Positions 52,598 through 64,000 of a DNA stretch of 64,000 bases are shown here, in pieces. Under the pieces are notes generated by a model that was not told the origin of the DNA, searched no databases, and saw nothing but the letters and a program-made list of their open reading frames with translations. The translations under genes were made by a program, and so were the position numbers. This stretch comes from Octopus bimaculoides (taxonomy: Eukaryota), in NCBI RefSeq assembly GCF_001194135.2, contig NC_068995.1, positions 19,160,042-19,224,041 of the forward strand, in the 5' to 3' direction. The number at the start of each line of letters is the position of its first letter. Position 1 is the stretch's first letter.

Positions 52598-52750
52598 TTT
52601 AGTGAAGTCGGAGGTATTGTTTTCCAATTGCGTTTGCTTCTTTGTTTGACTCTGGATGGATTTGGATGAAACTTTGAGGAATGATTGACCTTGTGACTGA
52701 CACAAAGTGATTAGATTTTGGGATTGATCAGGTACCGGACAAGGATTCAA
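52598..52750 (+). mobile_element. Second partial copy of the DINE-like element
   Basis: TAGTGAAGTCGGAGGTATTG...GGATGGATTTGGATGAAA...GGGATTGATCAGGTACCGGACAAGGATT matches 51811-51962. Confidence 0.85.
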
Positions 52751-53659
52751 GAATGTATTCGTAATGAGTGTCGTTATTGTAAATGAGAAGGAATTCCCTT
52801 TACGGGTGAAAGATTTTCTAAGGAAGGCTTACTTTTTTGGTTGTTGAAAATTAATTGAAATACATAAAGTGTATTTTGTTCATCACTAGTACATTCTTTT
52901 AATTTGCATAACCAAAAGAGCAGTTCGAGACCATTATCATTATTCATAAATAAAATAAAGAAAGAACAAATAATGAAAATCAGAGAATAACACAAGTATT
53001 TTTCAAGCAAAGTTGTTACTATCAAATTTTTGAAACATAAATAGGAATTTTGGGTGGAAATATGGAAACAGAAAGAGGATAAATCTAAAACGATAAACAT
53101 TCTGTTGGAAAGCAGATTTGTTGATTTGATGCAACACCATGGTTTGGCAAAGAAATGAATGAAGTTTCAAAATACTTGTTCCACTTTAATACTGATTTGC
53201 GATGACTTCTCTATCAATATGAAATAGCACTATAAATTTGTATTAAAATCTAAGACTCTCTGATTGGTATAAATTACGCAAATATAAGTTTGTGAATATT
53301 TAAAACTTTCGTAATGGCACTAAAGAACACTATAATGTTGGAATATATGCAACTAGAATTCTATCTTTAATAAATGCATAGAAATTAAGTTTGCTCCAAG
53401 AAACTGTTTGCTCCTAGAACTTAATATTGTTTTAGCTTTCGTATATAAAGTAATTCGGAAGAATTTTATCTCCATTAATAGTAATAACATTAAGTTAATA
53501 GTTGATTCTAATACGCGCAAAAACATTACAGAAACACACAAATGTATTCACACATTCACACACATATATATTTGTGCGTGTGTGATGTTCTTTTCAATAA
53601 AACATCCTTTATATTCATGCATCCATACACAGTACATATGTATATGCACATACACACGT

Positions 53660-53702
<43 letters not shown>

Positions 53703-53876
53703 NNNNNNNNNNNNNNNNNNNNNNNNNNNNNNNNNNNNNNNNNNNNNNNNNNNNNNNNNNNNNNNNNNNNNNNNNNNNNNNNNNNNNNNNNNNNNNNNNN
53801 NNNNNNNNNNNNNNNNNNNNNNNNNNNNNNNNNNNNNNNNNNNNNNNNNNNNNNNNNNNNNNNNNNNNNNNNNATG

Positions 53877-53929
<53 letters not shown>

Positions 53930-55034
53930 ATATATATAAACATGCACACACAAGTACACATTGTTCGCATATAACTTTGAATCTTTTCTTTCTAAATTGC
54001 GTTTAATTTTCTTTTTCTTTTTTAATGACAGGAAATCAACGCTGAAAGATATTCCCAGAGTAATTAATAGCAGTATATTTAAAACGTTCCATTGAAATAC
54101 GTCTAGTAATTTTAAATATCCTTTCTTAAGATGACCTTTTTTCGTTAGATTTAATGACAAAATTAAAATTTATCCTGACAGATTTAATTACGAAAAAATA
54201 AACATTTCCTATATATCTCCGTCGGCTAAATAAAATTTATAATTGGTCTAGGCATGAAAGAAATTGGAATTTGTGTAATATCCAGCAAGGCTCACGCAGA
54301 ATCATGCACTCACACAAAGACATGCTGACATATAGAGGCATATAGAGAGGCATATATTAATTCTTTATAGGAAATGTTCAAATAATTAAAAAAGAGATAG
54401 TTAACATCTACATCCAATAATGCAGTTGTGAACCATTGATTGGCACGCTGAAGCTAATCTCTAAAAGGGCTATTGTTTGTGGATATTTACAGCGGTTACG
54501 TGTCTCTGTGTATGTGCGTGTACGCAAAGAGACAGACAGGCAGAGAGACTGAGAGTGAGAGAGAGAGTGACAGGAAGAGAGAAAGAGAGACAGGCTGACA
54601 GAGACACAGGTAGCTAAAATGGAGGCTTTCTTCCATAAATAAGAAAAGCCTAAAGTCTCTGAGACAGACGAATTAGGAGTATAGAGGAGATGTAAGATGT
54701 GGATATCGAAACAGAGACCGTTGCTCTATGAGATGATGCTAATAATTTGGTAGATGTTTCAGTATGGGAAATGTACAATGTAGTAGTAAGATACTAGTCT
54801 TCTAAAAGTAAGAAGTATTTGTGAGGTCAGAGGTAGGAGAGGAAACTTAACGGAGAAACTGACAATAGGATGTGAAAAGATGAACATCATCGGTTACATG
54901 GTCACACGCTTACATTTATATATATATATATTCATATAAACAGTCACTGACTTATGCACAGGTATGCTAACAATACTTCAACACAAATGCAGATCTTTAT
55001 ATATATATATATAACGTTGACCATCGAAGTGGAC

Positions 55035-55068
<34 letters not shown>

Positions 55069-55251
55069 NNNNNNNNNNNNNNNNNNNNNNNNNNNNNNNN
55101 NNNNNNNNNNNNNNNNNNNNNNNNNNNNNNNNNNNNNNNNNNNNNNNNNNNNNNNNNNNNNNNNNNNNNNNNNNNNNNNNNNNNNNNNNNNNNNNNNNNN
55201 NNNNNNNNNNNNNNNNNNNNNNNNNNNNNNNNNNNNNNNNNNNNNNCATAC

Positions 55252-55283
<32 letters not shown>

Positions 55284-55319
55284 GTGTGTATATGTTTTTG
55301 TGTCTATGTTTGTCCCCAA

Positions 55320-55495
55320 AATTTCGCTTCACAACCAATGCTGGTGTGTTTACGTCCCCGTAACTTAGTGGTTCGGCAAAAAGTGTCCGATAGAATAAGT
55401 ACTAGGCTTACAAAGAATATGTCCTGGGGTCGATTTGCTCGACTAAAGGTGGTGTCTCAGCATGGCCGCAGTCAAATGACTGAAACAAGTAAAGT
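55320..55495 (+). mobile_element. SINE family B, 3' part
   Basis: TTTACGTCCCCGTAACTTAGTGGTTCGGCAAA...GGGGTCGATTTGCTCGAC...CAGTCAAATGACTGAAAC. Confidence 0.9.
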
Positions 55496-55540
55496 GTATA
55501 TATATATATTTAATATATACACACACACACACACACACAG

Positions 55541-55648
<108 letters not shown>

Positions 55649-55663
55649 NNNNNNNNNNNNNNN

Positions 55664-55709
<46 letters not shown>

Positions 55710-56342
55710 CTATACATATATACGTATATATGTTATTATATATATACATATATGTATATGCGTGTAGAATTAGAATTAGAGAGAGAATAAAAAAATGATG
55801 AGAGAGACACTGAGTGAAAAGGTGATTTATATAAACACGCTTAGCCGTGATATATACATACCTATACACATGTAAATATATTATAAAAAAATATGTATAG
55901 AGTAAACCAAACTGAAAATATTTGGCAGATGAACACTTGTGTATATGCATAGAGGTATTTATATATCTAGAGACTATATTGACATATGGTACAAAAATAC
56001 AAGAAACTAGGGGAAAGGGCATGGTATTCCACATCTGATAGCTGTTCCTGGGAGATCGGCGTTATGAAATAGTTCTAATGTTTATAATGGCAGATGGGGT
56101 GTTTCAAAAAGTCGAAGATATTCAACCATTACTGGAGGCAAATAAACGTTAACGTAAAACCACCCTTCGTCGTCTCTATCCTGACAACGGAGGAAGATTT
56201 ACTGTAAAGTTTATATGCATTGTTTGTTCTGTAAATATATAATTGACTTTATGGTTATACACGAGTCTACATCATTTGCAGAGTTTCAGTTTTTGTTCTC
56301 TCCATATATAACCCTATAAATATTTACGTGTACACACGCACA

Positions 56343-56465
<123 letters not shown>

Positions 56466-57654
56466 ATGTGTGTGTGTGTGTGTACTTTTCACCGGGTAGC
56501 TTGGACACTCTATCGCATACTTGATTTTCTCTTTCTTTTTCCACAAAAAAGATAAGTTGCTCTCTTTTGTTTCAATTAACTCTCTTAATCGATGTTTTGA
56601 TATTTTTCTACTATGACTAAGTATTCAAAATGTATTGAATAAAGATATGTTATATATTTTCCTTTTACAGTTTACTAGCATGTCGTAAATATAGACATTT
56701 TACTATACAATAGAGAATTATGAGAGCGCCAAGTAACATTTTAACTTATTAACTTTTATCATTCACAGCCAGTGGATGTGACGTTTTCCTCGTTTCGTAT
56801 CTCTTTGTTCTGCTTCCGTTTTAGTTCTACTTATTTGAGCAAGTTCCATTTAACAATTAAATGCATGGCATTTCAACAGATATGGAAGTTAAAAGACACT
56901 GATATATTTTCTTTGCTGAACATTTAACCTTCTAGTATGCCTTTCTGCTTTCGAGATATGCCTAACAACCATTCACGTAAGTTTGAATTAAATACCAAAA
57001 TTTTAGGGATTGTTGAGCACAAATATAGTTATGAGGGCAACAAATATATAGCTAAGAATTTCGTCGTCACTGAAAAGTTCAACTGTCAATAACCAAACTC
57101 CATAAAGATAAACCATTGAATTAGATAAACATATGCGACAAGATGCTGCAGAAATGTAAAATGTCAAATTCCGTTATCTATTTTAATCACTAATTTCAAC
57201 TTAATTTTTGAAATAACTATAAATTATGTTACGTTTATCTTCTCTTGAGCACAAGTTTTTGGTGTTTCGCATATAATTCAGAAAATGTGTATATCATTTG
57301 GCAGCTTAGAAGTAACATCTCGGTAGATTTATAATATAGTTACTTCATCGCACTAGATGTTCATAAAATAGGCAATAGAATATTGGTGCTAATTCATGAG
57401 AAAATAATCCAGCCTTTTCTATATATTTGCAACTAAATAATTCTTTGGAATTGCAATTGATAAGTTACAGGCTTACAAATTCATAAACCAATAACGTTAG
57501 ACGAAGTAAATTTGTGGTTGCAAATTTTGTATTTCACTACTTCATTAACAATCGGTTATAACACGAAACAAATCTTACCGACAAAAAATATAATTTACAC
57601 GGCGTTGTCAAATAAAGCGAGACATAAATGGGTAATGACTATATATATACATAT

Positions 57655-57705
57655 ATATGCGTGTATATGCGTGTATATGCGTGTATATGCGTGTATATGC
57701 GTGTG
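57655..57705. repeat. 10-bp tandem (ATATGCGTGT)n
   Basis: About 5 copies, direct read. Confidence 0.9.
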
Positions 57706-57953
57706 TATGTGTGTATGTGTGTGCATGCGTGTGTGTTTGTGTACAAAAGTATATCTATAATTATTTGAATTCTTCCTCTGTGGAAAAGGCTCGATTCTAA
57801 GAAAGATACAAAGCTCCATCTTCCGAATATTGATATACGATGAGCTCCATCTTCGGACGTCGATATATATCGTACGGGAAGTATCTTTGATAAATTGTTG
57901 GATTTATGTATAAGTAAATATATGTGTGCATGTGTGTGTCTATGTATATACAC

Positions 57954-57986
<33 letters not shown>

Positions 57987-58555
57987 CACACACACACATA
58001 TACAGAGAGTGAGAGAGAGAGAGAGAACGGGAGAAAGCGATATATATATATATATGTGTGTATATGCATGCAGATACACAGTAATTCGCACTTAAGCATA
58101 CACCATCGCGTACATACCCATATTCATGTGTATTATTGCTGCTGGGTGTACTTGTGTAAATCCCGCTATGTGATTTCGTTTGACTGGTAACGAAGTGATA
58201 GCTTCTCAATTCTAAATCCACGTACACTTTTCTATTGTCCGTGCTTCCTCCACTACAGATGCACATAATTCATTGCTATGTATTTTTGCCTGTGTGCTCA
58301 AGAAGGTAAAGAAGTAAGTTACCGGTAACACATAGAACAAAAGAATGAAAATGTTGCAGCAGTTAGACAGTAGGTGCGGAATGATTAGAATAATCGAGTG
58401 CATTAAGAAAATAATTCGAGTTGAATTGATCCTTTGCCATTTAGAGGATGCAATGCGAAATTAGCATGCCTTTCGCAGAAGTACTTACAGTTTGATAAAC
58501 TGGGCCTCATGTGTAGCAGTTATGGTCACAGTCAGTGGAACATCTCTTATATAGT

Positions 58556-58631
<76 letters not shown>

Positions 58632-58677
58632 NNNNNNNNNNNNNNNNNNNNNNNNNNNNNNNNNNNNNNNNNNNNNN

Positions 58678-58720
<43 letters not shown>

Positions 58721-61700
58721 CCTACACACACACACACGCAGATTTTGAGAAATTTAATATCATATTGCCCCACATAATTTTTTGTGCTGTATTTCTCAAT
58801 GAAGTGGTGCTCCTGAAGAAATTGATATTACATTTGTTTTCTTGCTGTTTGTAATCAAGGCTTCACTAAGCGAGACAATCTACTATCTAAAATAATTTTC
58901 CCATGAGCATATGCTCTTGTGTACTGTCGTTCTGCATTTACATTATGTATATCATTCATTTTATATGAATCTCATTCATTTAGCTTGGATTTCTTGTAAA
59001 TTATGTGACTATGTACAGACAGACACTTATGTTGCCCTGGTCACTTGATATAGCACATTGCACTGACATTCAACTTCGTAGGAATATTTCGACATATATT
59101 TTCTGGATGAGGCCTGGGGTTAATTCAATATTTTGAAATACCATTAATGTGTCAAAGCCAATAAATGTTATACTTTGTGGCAAGGTTTAGAACCTGATAT
59201 TTTGCATTTGAAAAGAATATTTGTACTCGGTAATTTGAGTTACCCTCAATTAATACAAATATTTCTCACGTAGTTTATAAGTAAATTGTTCAGAATTCTC
59301 TCCATCCTTGGCTTTTGCTGCCTAACAGTTATACAAGCAAGCAAAATGGTTGGAACAAACTAGCTACAGAATTATACCATAAGAAGCAGTTTTATCTACA
59401 TGGTTTCATATGCTGTCACAAATGATATGATATGTAGAACCATATCTCGTTTAGGCTTGTTAATAATATCAGTGTTTTTTTTTAAACCACTTGTGTAAAT
59501 ATAAAATGTGAAATATATGTACTTTTCAGGATTAACAATACATGTAGCATTTCCCATAAAATGTGCTGCACAATGTTTCGCTTCAAACAAACATGTAAAT
59601 ACTAGCATTGTTGACAAATGTATACACAACGAGTTACACATTCCTGGATTGTAAAATTAGCAAGGTGGTTTTAGGGTGGACGAGGCTCAAAGGGTTGTGG
59701 AGAAACATTCCCAATTTTAGAAAAGCTATCTTCGCATATTTTTTCAAGAATCACTTGAAGTGTAACTTGAGAATGGACGGCATAGAAGAAGTATTATCCA
59801 GAGTAAATTTGTCGAAGAGTAGGGGTTAGTGGGGAAAATGATTACAGTGATTGAAAGTACTGTAAACATACGAGTAGTCCACAAAACTCGGGTGAGGTTT
59901 TGTGCATTTTGTGATCATGATGGGCTTTGATCTGTGCGATTCCTTGGCTAAGTCATGGCCAGAGGTTATTTTATATCTGAATTTATCTTCACGTATATAC
60001 CATGTATACATTCCATATCATCTCCTGTCACTTTCCCTTGTTCTTTTTCCTATGTGTTTGTCAACCAGTGAGCATATTGTAAGCTGTCATTGTAATATCT
60101 CTCTCAATAGATGCTCCTGTGACAGCGGATATCATCATCAACCTTATCGTTGTTTTCTGAAATTTGTAGTTGCTATTATAGTTTTCGTAGTCATCAATGT
60201 TCTTTAATTACAAATCTCTTCATATCTGCATTGTTTAATAAGAGTGTTAACTTGACTTTTGTAAGTGGATGTATCAGGGGCGGAAAAGATGTAACTAACA
60301 GCATCATCAAACATAAGATATCTTACAAGCCTTCAATTAGAAATATGAAACCCAAAAATTGATCCAGGACAATAATATGCATTACACTATTTTGTTTTTA
60401 GACTTTAAAACTAACACAAGCAAAATAATTCCTGGCATTGTTCGATAAGCATTTCTCATTAAATCATAAATACAGGAACATTTTTAGCTCGATAAATATT
60501 TCATGCAGCTGCAGCCCCAATATGGAGAGCGTTATCACTCGCAAGCCACACCAAAAACTTACTCCTAGTTGTAACTGTCGAGATTCCAATGCTTTCTCAC
60601 TCGATCAGGCGTGATTGATAATCTCAGTCGTGTATGAAGACGTAGTCACAGCATAATAGTAAAATAACGTATTCGAAAAGACAATTTACGTCAGTTAATG
60701 TGAAGTTAATTTCAAAAGATGTTATACAATTTACTTGTCTTCTTTGCAATATATCGACAAAAATAAAGCAAAAAATTTGGCTAGCGTTGTATTAGATCGC
60801 AAGACCAACTGCACACCGCATGCAGTTAAGTGGAACATCATGGAGAAATCTTCGCCATACACAGTTGTATCAAAGTAATTCAAATATGTGTAGCTGAAAT
60901 ATCGCACATTCTTTTACCGTCTGAGATTTTCACCACATCACAAATACCAGATCCGAATTTTTTACAAATGCAAGCAGATTGACACACTTTTTCTGTCGAA
61001 CTGGAAGATACCATACACAGCGGATGGAACAGATTGGCACACCGACTTTGGTGTCCTTCCTGTTTAATAATTGTACACTAACTAGATTAATTATTATTTT
61101 GATAAAATAGATGCAACTCTTACTTTTTTTCCGTTTTTATTCACGCTCTTTACTTGTTCCACTTTTTGTACTAACTCTCTTCTCGTGTTTTCTCGGGAAA
61201 TAGCGTCTTGTTTTTCAAATAAAACTAACCATGTTTATATACGTTGAAAGAGTTGCTTGGAAGCACACGGCACATTATATAAATCTATCGAACTATTAGG
61301 TTTCCACGGAATTACACTATTAGTAGCTGACATCTAAATACTGAGGAGATTAAACGATATTTGTCTCTCATTGAATGGATTTTTTTATTATCTTGATATC
61401 CTACTCTTAACGGAAGATTAAACCATATCTATATATATATATATGTATTATATGTAGAGAGAGAGAGAGAGAATGAGAGAGAGAGTGAGAGAGAAATTCT
61501 TTATATTTATATTCATATATTTATATGTCATTTACACGTTTGTGTGTGTACTCGTATGTGTGTAGGTATGTGTGTGTCAGTCATACATATCGCAGGCAAG
61601 TTACACAATACTTCCAAGGGTATATGATTGTATTTACCCAGTTTAATAATGGAAAATATTTTCCTTTATTTGCGTATATCCACATTGCTCTTTGTCGTGC

Positions 61701-62594
61701 TATTTCTGAACAAGCTACACATCTACTTTACGACCTGCCTATATTTGAACCTTAGTCGAGAGAATATACTGTCAGCGCTAAAGTCATTTCCTGAACATGA
61801 CCTAATTTGCGCTAAAGTTAAGTTTTAAAAATCACGAAAGTAATGATATGAATTATTTTTTACACGATTAAAGCGATATCCTATGTACATGACCATGAAA
61901 TTCTCTGAGTCACATGTACTTTCAATATTGAAGTAAAACAGGTTGATTTATTTAGCTTTTTACATCGAACTGTTTTATTGGATTATATTTCAAATAGAGA
62001 AACTCAACTTAGTGTCAACATATTAAAAATAAATCTGTATTATTCATTACAGTATTTTGGATTAGCTCTCACATAACATATCAGCCTCTTTTCTAGGTTT
62101 TCTGTCAAGTTACATTTATGTGGCTGTTAAATTTCTAACTCTGGCATGACATGTTATATTGGAAGTTAAAAAATAATCAGAGCGTTTGCTACCTCGAAAT
62201 TGGTAAAATACAAACTTACAACTCTTGATCAAAATATATAGACACTTTAAAAGCGTTGAATTATTTGGATACTGAGTTCGTTACAATATCATATTATGTA
62301 CAATTTTCTTGAACGCTTAATCGATAATCATGGTTTCATCAATTTAGGAAGCATTGTGTGACGACGACAAATAAGACTGAAAACACAATTTCACGGGTGC
62401 AGGTGATAGGACGTTATCTAATTATCAATCAGCCAGAAACATCCTAATGCTTACAATAGTCTGGACAACGCTATAAGAATCAAAGGACGAGGTTGTGTTG
62501 TTGAATCGCGCAACAAATTGTCGTTACTAAAAAAAAAGTGCGGTCGTTTCGTAAGATGTTAGCACGATTTCTGCCTATCCAGCCGCATTTAGAG

Positions 62595-62770
62595 CAGTGG
62601 TTCTCAACCGGGGTCCATATCGCCCTTGGTGTTCCATATAAGATTTTGTTGTTATAATTTATCTACAATAAAGTGTTTATACTCCTGCAATACACAAAAT
62701 AGTTTGAAGATTATTGTTGTACAATGAATATGTTAACTGACAGTGAAAGTTTTAGATGGAAAAAATAGGA
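62595..62770 (+). mobile_element. hAT/Charlie-type MITE 5' end, truncated
   Basis: Begins CAGTGGTTCTCAACCGGGG, a typical Charlie TIR; no matching right TIR found. Confidence 0.6.
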
Positions 62771-62819
62771 GTCAAAATGACGTTTCGAGCATGGCTGTTC
62801 ATTATTGTGACTGAATGTC

Positions 62820-63190
62820 AAAATCTTGGACGCGGATGCACAGACGTCGAAGAAAGAGGAGTTGGAAGAAGACAGCCCGTTAAATGTTGGAGGGGTAGAG
62901 AGGAAAAATTGAAGTTGAGATGTGTATCAGTAACTTTGAGAAATGGGAATTGGAGAGAGTGGGACCGAGGTGATCATAGACAGAGAGATTCCCAGACATT
63001 TCACAGATGTGTCGGAGATGGCAGTACAAAACTCAAGGGAGAGATGGAGGATAGAAACCAAAGAGACGAGGTGATTAAGTTGCTCACGGGAAAAGGATGC
63101 TGCACTGACAGTGTCCCTTATGTATTGACCATATTGATTTGTGGTCGGTCGAGTGAAGAGAGGGGCGATTTAGGCATAACAGATAAAATA
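62820..63190 (-). pseudogene. Penelope-like RT/thumb remnant
   Basis: QYIRDTVSAASFSREQL (decayed RYIDD), ISDTSVKCLGISLS, KVTDTHLNFNFSS, FLRRLC..QD match PLE RT C-terminal motifs. Confidence 0.75.
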
Positions 63191-63234
63191 AGTTAGCGAA
63201 ATTGAAACCCATTCTCGTTCCCATTGCAACCCCT

Positions 63235-63293
<59 letters not shown>

Positions 63294-64000
63294 GCGAGGA
63301 TATATGCGTGTGCATCTATGTATGAATACACATATAGGTGCGAATGTGTCTATATAAGTTTCATGCTTACCGCTTTTCTCCCTCAATTAAATTCAACAAT
63401 TGCTGACTCTTATATATTACAAAACGAGAACAACTGAAATGTTAGTATCTTCCTATATCGCATATCACTTAATCTCATATATAACTACCTTATGACCCAA
63501 TTTGCATGTCCACTGACTTGTACGATCTGCCTTGGTTCAACCAAAAAACATTTATTAGTTTCTAAGAGAAGAACTTGAAAAATTTGAAATACATCCCAAA
63601 GAAACCCAAATGTACCATCTAATCCGTCAAATTTGAGGATGACTATTTAGTATTATACGAGCATAAATACTGTGAAATAGTGCGTGTCACAGTCGTTTAG
63701 TCAAAATACTTAATGTATATCCAATCAAATACACTCACAGGTCATAGGTCTACCGAGTATATAACAATAAATTTGCTTCAGGCCATCGGCAACAGGATCG
63801 AATCTGGAAAGTCATGATTACAAAGCAGAAGACTTAGCCGTTCTGCCATAATATTTACACACAACACACAGACAGGCATTCACAAACACGCACATAAACA
63901 CATGCACACAAATACACACACATACATATGTGTATATCGGAATAATGAATATCCAGAACCACATATGTAATCTTCAATATCAGCATGTAAAGTCTTGGTT

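Noticed and set aside
62756-63196. 146-aa plus-strand ORF
   Set aside because: It is the antisense shadow of the minus-strand Penelope RT remnant.

Overview
AT-rich eukaryotic (animal) non-coding DNA, probably intron or intergenic, with 18 assembly gaps that are mostly flanked by (TA)n/(CA)n microsatellites. The repeat content resembles an octopus/cephalopod genome; this is recalled resemblance, not a database check. No host protein-coding gene can be confidently called. Nearly all long ORFs in the track are gap or microsatellite artefacts. The window holds many decayed transposons: three mariner remnants, a Tc1-like element with DD37E spacing, a hAT/Charlie transposase, an RTE LINE with EN, RT and C-terminal C2H2 parts, a Helitron helicase tail, a Helentron/DINE-like non-autonomous element, several Penelope-like (PLE) fragments, and about 19 copies of two tRNA-derived SINE families. 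Best leads: an apparently intact minimal type I hammerhead ribozyme (32291-32336, minus strand); further partial or degenerate hammerhead-like motifs tied to PLE remnants or to an inverted repeat; a hairpin module shared by both SINE families; a perfect 36-bp palindrome; and one well-bounded 185-nt candidate exon (27471-27655, minus strand). I found no convincing wholly new system.
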